From Auanema rhodensis (Eukaryota > Animalia > Nematoda), in the NCBI GenBank assembly GCA_964057225.1, contig OZ059896.1, positions 21,762,001 through 21,826,000 on the forward strand: a stretch of DNA of 64,000 nt. Reading direction: 5' to 3'. A program made the translations under genes and the position numbers. Below are positions 27,001 to 40,800 of the stretch, one piece after another; the stretch's first letter is position 1; every line of letters starts with the position of its first letter. The notes beneath the pieces were generated by a model, which saw nothing but the letters and a program-made list of their open reading frames with translations, ran no database searches and was not told the DNA's origin.

Positions 27001-30000
27001 TTTTTCGTTGAATAACATTGTCCATCGTCTTTGCCTTAAAAAAAGGAATCTGAAAACATCTACTTTTTGCTAAATTATTTTGAAATTTTTCGAAAAAATT
27101 TTTGTCAAAATGTTTTTGGAAGCAATGTTGAGTGTACATGGAAACTCTACATACACTAATGCATCATTTTTCAAACAATCATAACTAATTTTTGTATTAA
27201 GCGTTTCTCAATGTAGTATAGTGCATTCGATGAGGATTTTTAAGCTGCGTCGATCTGTGTTATCAGATTTGCGCTACCTTAAAAATGCACCAAGATATCA
27301 ACTGATATAAGTGCACACTTATATCCTCGATTTTCACCCTGAAGAATTAATTTTTTCGTTGAATAACATTGTCCATCGTCTTTGCCTTAAAAAAAGGAAT
27401 CTAAAAACATCTACTTTTTGCTAAATTATTTTGAAATTTTTCGAAAAAATTTTTGTCAAAATGTTTTTGGAAGCAATGTTGAGTGTACATGGAAACTCAA
27501 CATACACTAATGCATCATTTTTCAAACGATCATAACTAATTTTTGTATCAAGCGTTTCTCAATGTAGTATAGTGCATTCGATGCGGATTTTTAAGCTGCG
27601 TCGATCTGTGTTATCAGATTTGCGCTAGCTTAAAAACGCACCGAGATATCAACTGATATAAGTTCACACTTATATCCTCGATTTTCACATTGAAGAACTA
27701 ATTTTTTCGTTGAATAACATTGTCCATCGTCTCTGCCTTAAAAAAAGGAATCTAAAAACATCTACTTTTTGCTAAATTATTCTGGAATTTTTCGAAAAAA
27801 TTTTTGTCAAAATGTTTTTGGAAGCAATGTTGAGTGTACATGGAAACTCTACATACACTAATGCATCATTTTTCAAACAATCATAACTAATTTTTGTATT
27901 AAGCGTTTCTCAATGTAGTATAGTGCATTCGATGAGGATTTTTAAGCTGCGTCGATCTGTGTTATCAGATTTGCGCTAGCTTAAAAATGCACCAAGATAT
28001 CAACTGATATAAGTGCACACTTATATCCTCGATTTTCACCCTGAAGAATTAATTTTCCGTTGAATAACATTGTCCATCGTCTTTGCCTTGAAAAAAGGAA
28101 TCTAAAAACATCCACTTTTTGCTAAATTATTTCGAAATTTTTCGAAAAAATTTTTGTCAAAATGTTTTTGGAAGCAATGTTGAGTGTACATGGAAACTCA
28201 ACATACACTAATGCATCATTTCTCAAACGATCATAACTAATTTTTGTATTAAGCGTTTCTCAATGTAGTATAGTGCATTCGATGCGGATTTTCAAGCTGC
28301 GTCGATCTGTGTTATCAGATTTGCGCTAGCTTAAAAATGCACCAAGATATCAACTGATATAAGTTCACACTTATATCCTCGATTTTCACATTGAAGAACT
28401 AATTTTTTCGTTGAATAACATTGTCCATCGTCTCTGCCTTAAAAAAAGGAATCTAAAAACATCTACTTTTTGCTAAATTATTCTGGAATTTTTCGAAAAA
28501 ATTTTTGTCAAAATGTTTTTGGAAGCAATGTTGAGTGTACATGAAAACTCAACATACACTAATGCATCATTTTTCAAAGGATCATAACTAATTTTTGTAT
28601 TAAGCGTTTCTCAATGTAGTATAGTGCATTCGATGCGGATTTCTAAGCTGCGTCGATCTGTGTTATCAGATTTGCGCTAGCTTAAAAATGCACCGAGATA
28701 TCAACTGATATATGTTCACACTTATATCCTCGATTTTCACCCTGAAGAATTAATTTTTTCGTTGAATAACATTGTCCATCGTCTTTGCCTTGAAAAAAGA
28801 AATCTAAAAACATCTACTTTTCGCTAAATTATTTAGAAATTTTTCGAAAAAATTTTTGTCAAAATGTTTTTGGAAGCAATGTTGAGTGTACATGGAAACT
28901 CAACATACACTAATGCATCATTTTTCAAACGATCATAACTAATTTTTGTATTAAGCGTTTCTCAATGTAATATAGTGCATTCGATGCGGATTTTTAAGCT
29001 GCGTCGATCTGTGTTATCAGATTTGCGCTAGCTTAAAAATGCACCAAGATATCAACTGATATAAGTGCACACTTATATCCTCGATTTTCACCCTGAAGAA
29101 TTAATTTTCCGTTGAATAACATTGTCCATCGTCTTTGCCTTTAAAAAAGGAATCTAAAAACATCCACTTTTTGCTAAATTATTTCGAAATTTTTCGAAAA
29201 AATTTTTGTCAAAATGTTTTTGGAAGCAATGTTGAGTGTACATGGAAACTCAACATACACTAATGCATCATTTTTCAAACGATCATAACTTATTTTTGTA
29301 TTAAGCTTTTCTCAATGTAGTATAGTGCATTCGATGCGGATTTTTAAGCTGCGTCGATCTGTGTTATCAGATTTGCGCTAGCTTAAAAATGCACCAAGAT
29401 ATCAACTGATATAAGTGCACACTTATATCCTCGATTTTTACCCTGAAGAATTAATTTTTTCGTTGAAAAACATTGTCCATCGTCTTTGCCTTGAAAAAAA
29501 GGAATCTAAAAACATCCACTTTTTGCTAAATTATTTTGAAATTTTTCGAAAAAATTTTTGTCAAAATGTTTTTGGAAGCAATGTTGAGTGTACATGGAAA
29601 CTCAACATACACTAATGCATCATTTTTCAAACGATCATAACTAATTTTTGTATTAAGCGTTTCTCAATGTAGTATAGTGCATTCGATGCGGATTTTTAAG
29701 CTGCGTCGATCTGTGTTATCAGATTTGCGCTAGCTTAAAAATGCACCAAGATATCAACTGATATAAGTGCACACTTATATCCTCGATTTTTACCCTGAAG
29801 AATTATTTTTTTCGTTGAAAAACATTGTCCATCGTCTTTGCCTTGAAAAAAGGAATCTAAAAACATCCACTTTTTGCTAAATTATTTTGAAATTTTTCGA
29901 AAAAATTTTTGTCAAAATGTTTTTGGAAGCAATGTTGAGTGTACATGGAAACTCAACATACACTAATGCATCATTTTTCAAACGATCATAACTAATTTTT

Positions 30001-30509
30001 GTAGTAAGCGTTTCTCAATGTAGTATAGTGCATTCGATGCGGATTTTTAAGCTGCGTCGATCTGTGTTATCAGATTTGCGCTAGCTTGAAAATGCACCGA
30101 GATATCAACTGATATAAGTGCACACTTATATCCTCGATTTTCACCCTGAAGAATTAATTTTTTCGTTGAATAACATTGTCCATCGTCTTTGCCTTGAAAA
30201 AAGAAATCTAAAAACATCTACTTTTCGCTAAATTATTTAGAAATTTTTCGAAAAAATTTTTGTCAAAATGTTTTTGGAAGCAATGTTGAGTGTACATGGA
30301 AACTCAACATACACTAATGCATCATTTTTCAAACGATCATAACTAATTTTTGTATTAAGCGTTTCTCAATGTAGTATAGTGCATTCGATGCGGATTTCTA
30401 AGCTGCGTCGATCTGTGTTATCAGATTTGCGCTAGCTTAAAAATGCACCGAGATTTCAACTGATATAAGTTTACACTTATATCCTCGATTTTCACCCTGA
30501 AGAATTAAT

Positions 30510-33310
30510 TTTCCGTTGAATAACATTGTCCATCGTCTTTGCCTTTAAAAAAGGAATCTAAAAACATCTACTTTTCGCTAAATTATTTTGAAATTTTTCG
30601 AAAAAATTTTTGTCAAAATGTTTTTGGAAGCAATGTTGAGTGTACATGGAAACTCAACATACACTAATGCATCATTTTTCAAACGATCATAACTAATTTT
30701 TGTATTAAGCGTTTCTCAATGTAATATAGTGCATTCGATGCGGATTTTTAAGCTGCGTCGATCTGTGTTATCAGATTTGCGCTAGCTTAAAAATGCACCA
30801 AGATATCAACTGATACAAGTGCACACTTATATCCTCGATTTTCACCCTGAAGAATTAATTTTCCGTTGAATGACATTGTCCATCGTCTTTGCCTTGAAAA
30901 AAGGAATCTAAAAACATCCACTTTTTGCTAAATTATTTCGAAATTTTTCGAAAAAATTTTTGTCAAAATGTTTTTGGAAGCAATGTTGAGTGTACATGGA
31001 AACTCAACATACACTAATGCATCATTTTTCAAACGATCATAACTAATTTTTGTATTAAGCGTTTCTCAATGTAGTATAGTGCATTCGATGCGGATTTTTA
31101 AGTTGCGTCGATCTGTGTTATCAGATTTGCGCTAGCTTAAAAATGCACCAAGATATCAACTGATATAAGTGCACACTTATATCCTCGATTTTCACCCTGA
31201 AGAATTAATTTTTTCGTTGAATAACATTGTCCATCGTCTTTGCCTTGAAAAAAGGAATCTAAAAACATCTATATTTTGCTAAATTATTTTAAAATTTTTC
31301 GAAAAAATTTTTGTCAAAATGTTTTTGGAAGCAATGTTGAGTGTACATGGAAACTCAACATACACTAAGGCATCATTTTTCAAACGATCATAACTAATTT
31401 TTGTATCAAGCGTTTCTCAATGTAGTATAGTGCATTCGATGCGGATTTTTAAGCTGCGTCGATCTGTGTTATCAGATTTGCGCTAGCTTAAAAATGCACC
31501 AAGATATCAACTGATATAAGTGCACACTTATATCCTCGATTTTCACCCTGAAGAATTAATTTTCCGTTGAATAACATTGTCCATCGTCTTTGCCTTGAAA
31601 AAAGGAATCTAAAAACATCCACTTTTTGCTAAATTATTTCGAAATTTTTCGAAAAAATTTTTGTCAAAATGTTTTTGGAAGCAATGTTGAGTGTACATGA
31701 AAACTCAACATACACTAATGCATCATTTTTCAAACGATCATAACTAATTTTTGTATTAAGCGTTTCTCAATGTAGTATAGTGCATTCGATGCGGATTTTT
31801 GAGCTGCGTCGATCTGTGTTATCAGATTTGCGCTAGCTTGAAAATGCACCAAGATATCAACTGATATAAGTGCACACTTATATCCTCGATTTTCACCCTG
31901 AAGAATTAATTTTCCGTTGAATAACATTGTCCATCGTCTTTGCCTTTAAAAAAGGAATCTAAAAACATCTACTTTTCGCTAAATTATTTTGAAATTTTTC
32001 GAAAAAATTTTTGTCAAAATGTTTTTGGAAGCAATGTTGAGTGTACATGGAAACTCAACATACACTAATGCATCATTTTTCAAACGATCATAACTAATTT
32101 TTGTATTAAGCGTTTCTCAATGTAATATAGTGCATTCGATGCGGATTTTTAAGCTGCGTCGATCTGTGTTATCAGATTTGCGCTAGCTTAAAAATGCACC
32201 AAGATATCAACTGATACAAGTGCACACTTATATCCTCGATTTTCACCCTGAAGAATTAATTTTCCGTTGAATGACATTGTCCATCGTCTTTGCCTTGAAA
32301 AAAGGAATCTAAAAACATCCACTTTTTGCTAAATTATTTCGAAATTTTTCGAAAAAATTTTTGTCAAAATGTTTTTGGAAGCAATGTTGAGTGTACATGG
32401 AAACTCAACATACACTAATGCATCATTTTTCAAACGATCATAACTAATTTTTGTATTAAGCGTTTCTCAATGTAGTATAGTGCATTCGATGCGGATTTTT
32501 AAGTTGCGTCGATCTGTGTTATCAGATTTGCGCTAGCTTAAAAATGCACCAAGATATCAACTGATATAAGTGCACACTTATATCCTCGATTTTCACCCTG
32601 AAGAATTAATTTTTTCGTTGAATAACATTGTCCATCGTCTTTGCCTTGAAAAAAGGAATCTAAAAACATCTATATTTTGCTAAATTATTTTAAAATTTTT
32701 CGAAAAAATTTTTGTCAAAATGTTTTTGGAAGCAATGTTGAGTGTACATGGAAACTCAACATACACTAAGGCATCATTTTTCAAACGATCATAACTAATT
32801 TTTGTATCAAGCGTTTCTCAATGTAGTATAGTGCATTCGATGCGGATTTTTAAGCTGCGTCGATCTGTGTTATCAGATTTGCGCTAGCTTAAAAATGCAC
32901 CAAGATATCAACTGATATAAGTGCACACTTATATCCTCGATTTTCACCCTGAAGAATTAATTTTCCGTTGAATAACATTGTCCATCGTCTTTGCCTTGAA
33001 AAAAGGAATCTAAAAACATCCACTTTTTGCTAAATTATTTCGAAATTTTTCGAAAAAATTTTTGTCAAAATGTTTTTGGAAGCAATGTTGAGTGTACATG
33101 AAAACTCAACATACACTAATGCATCATTTTTCAAACGATCATAACTAATTTTTGTATTAAGCGTTTCTCAATGTAGTATAGTGCATTCGATGCGGATTTT
33201 TGAGCTGCGTCGATCTGTGTTATCAGATTTGCGCTAGCTTGAAAATGCACCAAGATATCAACTGATATAAGTGCACACTTATATCCTCGATTTTCACCCT
33301 GAAGAATTAA
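30510..33310. repeat. Tandem duplication of a 4-monomer block (period 1401 bp)
   Basis: GCCTTTAAAA, GATACAAG, GAATGACATT and AAGTTGCG each recur at +1401. ORF-track ends at 31730 and 33131 have the same offset. Confidence 0.85.
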
Positions 33311-34869
33311 TTTTTTCGTTGAATAACATTGTCCATCGTCTTTGCCTTGAAAAAAGGAATCTAAAAACATCTATATTTTGCTAAATTATTTTAAAATTTT
33401 TCGAAAAAATTTTTGTCAAAATGTTTTTGGAAGCAATGTTGAGTGTACATGGAAACTCAACATACACTAAGGCATCATTTTTCAAACGATCATAACTAAT
33501 TTTTGTATCAAGCGTTTCTCAATGTAGTATAGTGCATTCGATGCGGATTTTTAAGCTGCGTCGATCTGTGTTATCAGATTTGCGCTAGCTTAAAAATGCA
33601 CCAAGATATCAACTGATATAAGTGCACACTTATATCCTCGATTTTCACTCTGAAGAATTAATTTTTTCGTTGAATAACATTGTCCATCGTCTTTGCCTTG
33701 AAAAAAGGAATCTAAAAACATCTACTTTTTGCTAAATTATTTTGAAATTTTTCGAAAAAATTTTTGTCAAAATGTTTTTGGAAGCAATGTTGAGTGTACA
33801 TGGAAACTCTACATACACTAATGCATCATTTTTCAAACAATCATAACTAATTTTTGTATTAAGCGTTTCTCAATGTAGTATAGTGCATTCGATGCGGATT
33901 TTTGAGCTGCGTCGATCTGTGTTATCAGATTTGCGCTAGCTTGAAAATGCACCAAGATATCAACTGATATAAGTGCACACTTATATCCTCGATTTTCACC
34001 CTGAAGAATTAATTTTTTCGTTGAATAACATTGTCCATCGTCTTTGCCTTGAAAAAAGGAATCTAAAAACATCTATATTTTGCTAAATTATTTTAAAATT
34101 TTTCGAAAAAATTTTTGTCAAAATGTTTTTGGAAGCAATGTTGAGTGTACATGGAAACTCAACATACACTAAGGCATCATTTTTCAAACGATCATAACTA
34201 ATTTTTGTATCAAGCGTTTCTCAATGTAGTATAGTGCATTCGATGCGGATTTTTAAGCTGCGTCGATCTGTGTTATCAGATTTGCGCTAGCTTAAAAATG
34301 CACCAAGATATCAACTGATATAAGTGCACACTTATATCCTCGATTTTCACTCTGAAGAATTAATTTTTTCGTTGAATAACATTGTCCATCGTCTTTGCCT
34401 TGAAAAAAGGAATCTAAAAACATCTACTTTTTGCTAAATTATTTTGAAATTTTTCGAAAAAATTTTTGTCAAAATGTTTTTGGAAGCAATGTTGAGTGTA
34501 CATGGAAACTCTACATACACTAATGCATCATTTTTCAAACAATCATAACTAATTTTTGTATTAAGCGTTTCTCAATGTAGTATAGTGCATTCGATGCGGA
34601 TTTTTAAGCTGCGTCGATCTGTGTTATCAGATTTGCGCTAGCTTAAAAATGCACCAAGATATCAACTGATATAAGTGCACACTTATATCCTCGATTTTCA
34701 CTCTGAAGAATTAATTTTTTCGTTGAATAACATTGTCCATCGTCTTTGCCTTGAAAAAAGGAATCTAAAAACATCTACTTTTTGCTAAATTATTTTGAAA
34801 TTTTTCGAAAAAATTTTTGTCAAAATGTTTTTGGAAGCAATGTTGAGTGTGCATGGAAACTCTACATAC

Positions 34870-37800
34870 ACTAATGCATCATTTTTCAAACGATCATAAC
34901 TAATTTTTGTATCAAGCGTTTCTCAATGTAGTATAGTGCATTCGATGCGGATTTTTAAGCTGCGTCGATCTGTGTTATCAGATTTGCGCTAGCTTAAAAA
35001 CGCACCGAGATATCAACTGATATAAGTTCACACTTATATCCTCGATTTTCACATTGAAGAACTAATTTTTTCGTTGAATAACATTGTCCATCGTCTCTGC
35101 CTTGAAAAAAGAAATCTAAAAACATCTACTTTTTGCTAAATTATTTTGGAATTTTTCGAAAAAATTTTTGTCAAAATGTTTTTGGAAGCAATGTTGAGTG
35201 TACATGAAAACTCAACATACACTAATGCATCATTTTTCAAACGATCATAACTAATTTTTGTATTAAACGTTTCTCAATGTAGTATAGTGCATTCGATGCG
35301 GATTTCTAAGCTGCGTCGATCTGTGTTATCAGATTTGCGCTAGCTTAAAAATGCACCGAGATATCAACTGATATAAGTTCACACTTATATCCTCGATTTT
35401 CACCCTGAAGAATTAATTTTTTCGTTGAATAACATTGTCCATCGTCTTTGCCTTGAAAAAAGAAATCTAAAAACATCTACTTTTCGCTAAATTATTTTGA
35501 AATTTTTCGAAAAAATTTTTGTCAAAATGTTTTTGGAAGCAATGTTGAGTGTACATGGAAACTCAACATACACTAATGCATCATTTTTCAAACGATCATA
35601 ACTAATTTTTGTATTAAGCGTTTCTCAATGTGATATAGTGCATTCGATGCGGATTTTTAAGCTGCGTCGATCTGTGTTATCAGATTTGCGCTAGCTTAAA
35701 AATGCACCAAGATATCAACTGATATAAGTGCACACTTATATCCTCGATTTTCACCCTGAAGAATTAATTTTCCGTTGAATAACATTGTCCATCGTCTTTG
35801 CCTTGAAAAAAGGAATCTAAAAACATCCACTTTTTGCTAAATTATTTCGAAATTTTTCGAAAAAATTTTTGTCAAAATGTTTTTGGAAGCAATGTTGAGT
35901 GTACATGGAAACTCAACATACACTAATGCATCATTTTTCAAACGATCATAACTAATTTTTGTATTAAGCGTTTCTCAATGTAGTATAGTGCATTCGATGC
36001 GGATTTTTAAGCTGCGTCGATCTGTGTTATCAGATTTGCGCTAGCTTGAAAATGCACCAAGATATCAACTGATATAAGTGCACACTTATATCCTCGATTT
36101 TCACCCTGAAGAATTAATTTTTTCGTTGAATAACATTGTCCATCGTCTTTGCCTTGAAAAAAGGAATCTAAAAACATCTATATTTTGCTAAATTATTTTA
36201 AAATTTTTCGAAAAAATTTTTGTCAAAATGTTTTTGGAAGCAATGTTGAGTGTACATGGAAACTCAACATACACTAAGGCATCATTTTTCAAACGATCAT
36301 AACTAATTTTTGTATCAAGCGTTTCTCAATGTAGTATAGTGCATTCGATGCGGATTTTTAAGCTGCGTCGATCTGTGTTATCAGATTTGCGCTAGCTTAA
36401 AAACGCACCGAGATATCAACTGATATAAGTTCACACTTATATCCTCGATTTTCACATTGAAGAACTAATTTTTTCGTTGAATAACATTGTCCATCGTCTC
36501 TGCCTTGAAAAAAGAAATCTAAAAACATCTACTTTTTGCTAAATTATTTTGGAATTTTTCGAAAAAATTTTTGTCAAAATGTTTTTGGAAGCAATGTTGA
36601 GTGTACATGAAAACTCAACATACACTAATGCATCATTTTTCAAACGATCATAACTAATTTTTGTATTAAACGTTTCTCAATGTAGTATAGTGCATTCGAT
36701 GCGGATTTCTAAGCTGCGTCGATCTGTGTTATCAGATTTGCGCTAGCTTAAAAATGCACCGAGATATCAACTGATATAAGTTCACACTTATATCCTCGAT
36801 TTTCACCCTGAAGAATTAATTTTTTCGTTGAATAACATTGTCCATCGTCTTTGCCTTGAAAAAAGAAATCTAAAAACATCTACTTTTCGCTAAATTATTT
36901 TGAAATTTTTCGAAAAAATTTTTGTCAAAATGTTTTTGGAAGCAATGTTGAGTGTACATGGAAACTCAACATACACTAATGCATCATTTTTCAAACGATC
37001 ATAACTAATTTTTGTATTAAGCGTTTCTCAATGTGATATAGTGCATTCGATGCGGATTTTTAAGCTGCGTCGATCTGTGTTATCAGATTTGCGCTAGCTT
37101 AAAAATGCACCAAGATATCAACTGATATAAGTGCACACTTATATCCTCGATTTTCACCCTGAAGAATTAATTTTCCGTTGAATAACATTGTCCATCGTCT
37201 TTGCCTTGAAAAAAGGAATCTAAAAACATCCACTTTTTGCTAAATTATTTCGAAATTTTTCGAAAAAATTTTTGTCAAAATGTTTTTGGAAGCAATGTTG
37301 AGTGTACATGGAAACTCAACATACACTAATGCATCATTTTTCAAACGATCATAACTAATTTTTGTATTAAGCGTTTCTCAATGTAGTATAGTGCATTCGA
37401 TGCGGATTTTTAAGCTGCGTCGATCTGTGTTATCAGATTTGCGCTAGCTTGAAAATGCACCAAGATATCAACTGATATAAGTGCACACTTATATCCTCGA
37501 TTTTCACCCTGAAGAATTAATTTTTTCGTTGAATAACATTGTCCATCGTCTTTGCCTTGAAAAAAGGAATCTAAAAACATCTATATTTTGCTAAATTATT
37601 TTAAAATTTTTCGAAAAAATTTTTGTCAAAATGTTTTTGGAAGCAATGTTGAGTGTACATGGAAACTCAACATACACTAAGGCATCATTTTTCAAACGAT
37701 CATAACTAATTTTTGTATCAAGCGTTTCTCAATGTAGTATAGTGCATTCGATGCGGATTTTTAAGCTGCGTCGATCTGTGTTATCAGATTTGCGCTAGCT
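34870..37800. repeat. Tandem duplication of a 4-monomer block (period 1403 bp)
   Basis: CACATTGAAGAAC lies at 35053 and 36456. ATTTTGGAAT, ATTAAACG, TGTGATAT and TTTTCCG recur in the same order. Confidence 0.8.
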
Positions 37801-40800
37801 TAAAAATGCACCAAGATATCAACTGATATAAGTGCACACTTATATCCTCGATTTTCACCCTGAAGAATTAATTTTCCGTTGAATAACATTGTCCATCGTC
37901 TTTGCCTTGAAAAAAGGAATCTAAAAACATCCACTTTTTGCTAAATTATTTCGAAATTTTTCGAAAAAATTTTTGTCAAAATGTTTTTGGAAGCAATGTT
38001 GAGTGTACATGGAAACTCAACATACACTAATGCATCATTTTTCAAACGATCATAACTAATTTTTGTATTAAGCGTTTCTCAATGTAGTATAGTGCATTCG
38101 ATGCGGATTTTTAAGCTGCGTCGATCTGTGTTATCAGATTTGCGCTAGCTTGAAAATGCACCAAGATATCAACTGATATAAGTGCACACTTATATCCTCG
38201 ATTTTCACCCTGAAGAATTAATTTTTTCGTTGAATAACATTGTCCATCGTCTTTGCCTTGAAAAAAGGAATCTAAAAACATCTATATTTTGCTGAATTAT
38301 TTTAAAATTTTTCGAAAAAATTTTTGTCAAAATGTTTTTGGAAGCAATGTTGAGTGTACATGGAAACTCAACATACACTAAGGCATCATTTTTCAAACGA
38401 TCATAACTAATTTTTGTATCAAGCGTTTCTCAATGTAGTATAGTGCATTCGATGCGGATTTTTAAGCTGCGTCGATCTGTGTTATCAGATTTGCGCTAGC
38501 TTAAAAATGCACCAAGATATCAACTGATATAAGTGCACACTTATATCCTCGATTTTCACCCTGAAGAATTAATTTTCCGTTGAATAACATTGTCCATCGT
38601 CTTTGCCTTGAAAAAAGGAATCTAAAAACATCCACTTTTTGCTAAATTATTTCGAAATTTTTCGAAAAAATTTTTGTCAAAATGTTTTTGGAAGCAATGT
38701 TGAGTGTACATGAAAACTCAACATACACTAATGCATCATTTTTCAAACGATCATAACTAATTTTTGTATTAAGCGTTTCTCAATGTAGTATAGTGCATTC
38801 GATGCGGATTTTTGAGCTGCGTCGATCTGTGTTATCAGATTTGCGCTAGCTTGAAAATGCACCAAGATATCAACTGATATAAGTGCACACTTATATCCTC
38901 GATTTTCACCCTGAAGAATTAATTTTTTCGTTGAATAACATTGTCCATCGTCTTTGCCTTGAAAAAAGGAATCTAAAAACATCTATATTTTGCTAAATTA
39001 TTTTAAAATTTTTCGAAAAAATTTTTGTCAAAATGTTTTTGGAAGCAATGTTGAGTGTACATGGAAACTCAACATACACTAAGGCATCATTTTTCAAACG
39101 ATCATAACTAATTTTTGTATCAAGCGTTTCTCAATGTAGTATAGTGCATTCGATGCGGATTTTTAAGCTGCGTCGATCTGTGTTATCAGATTTGCGCTAG
39201 CTTAAAAATGCACCAAGATATCAACTGATATAAGTGCACACTTATATCCTCGATTTTCACCCTGAAGAATTAATTTTTTCGTTGAATAACAATGTCCATC
39301 GTCTTTGCCTTGAAAAAAGAAATCTAAAAACATCTATATTTTGCTAAATTATTTTAAAATTTTTCGAAAAAATTTTTGTCAAAATGTTTTTGGAAGCAAT
39401 GTTGAGTGTACATGGAAACTCAACATACACTAAGGCATCATTTTTCAAACGATCATAACTAATTTTTGTATCAAGCGTTTCTCAATGTAGTATAGTGCAT
39501 TCGATGCGGATTTTTAAGCTGCGTCGATCTGTGTTATCAGATTTGCGCTAGCTTAAAAATGCACCAAGATATCAACTGATATAAGTGCACACTTATATCC
39601 TCGATTTTCACCCTGAAGAATTAATTTTCCGTTGAATAACATTGTCCATCGTCTTTGCCTTGAAAAAAGGAATCTAAAAACATCCACTTTTTGCTAAATT
39701 ATTTCGAAATTTTTCGAAAAAATTTTTGTCAAAATGTTTTTGGAAGCAATGTTGAGTGTACATGAAAACTCAACATACACTAATGCATCATTTTTCAAAC
39801 GATCATAACTAATTTTTGTATTAAGCGTTTCTCAATGTAGTATAGTGCATTCGATGCGGATTTTTGAGCTGCGTCGATCTGTGTTATCAGATTTGCGCTA
39901 GCTTGAAAATGCACCAAGATATCAACTGATATAAGTGCACACTTATATCCTCGATTTTCACCCTGAAGAATTAATTTTTTCGTTGAATAACATTGTCCAT
40001 CGTCTTTGCCTTGAAAAAAGGAATCTAAAAACATCTATATTTTGCTAAATTATTTTAAAATTTTTCGAAAAAATTTTTGTCAAAATGTTTTTGGAAGCAA
40101 TGTTGAGTGTACATGGAAACTCAACATACACTAAGGCATCATTTTTCAAACGATCATAACTAATTTTTGTATCAAGCGTTTCTCAATGTAGTATAGTGCA
40201 TTCGATGCGGATTTTTAAGCTGCGTCGATCTGTGTTATCAGATTTGCGCTAGCTTAAAAATGCACCAAGATATCAACTGATATAAGTGCACACTTATATC
40301 CTCGATTTTCACCCTGAAGAATTAATTTTTTCGTTGAATAACAATGTCCATCGTCTTTGCCTTGAAAAAAGAAATCTAAAAACATCTATATTTTGCTAAA
40401 TTATTTTAAAATTTTTCGAAAAAATTTTTGTCAAAATGTTTTTGGAAGCAATGTTGAGTGTACATGGAAACTCAACATACACTAAGGCATCATTTTTCAA
40501 ACGATCATAACTAATTTTTGTATCAAGCGTTTCTCAATGTAGTATAGTGCATTCGATGCGGATTTTTAAGCTGCGTCGATCTGTGTTATCAGATTTGCGC
40601 TAGCTTAAAAATGCACCAAGATATCAACTGATATAAGTGCACACTTATATCCTCGATTTTCACTCTGAAGAATTAATTTTTTCGTTGAATAACATTGTCC
40701 ATCGTCTTTGCCTTGAAAAAAGGAATCTAAAAACATCTACTTTTTGCTAAATTATTTTGAAATTTTTCGAAAAAATTTTTGTCAAAATGTTTTTGGAAGC

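Noticed and set aside
29415-29615. Plus-strand 66 aa ORF
   Set aside because: It is created by a one-off extra A in the A-tract at about 29500 that joins two short frames. It has a GTG start and low-complexity F/K/N/I composition typical of AT-rich non-coding DNA.
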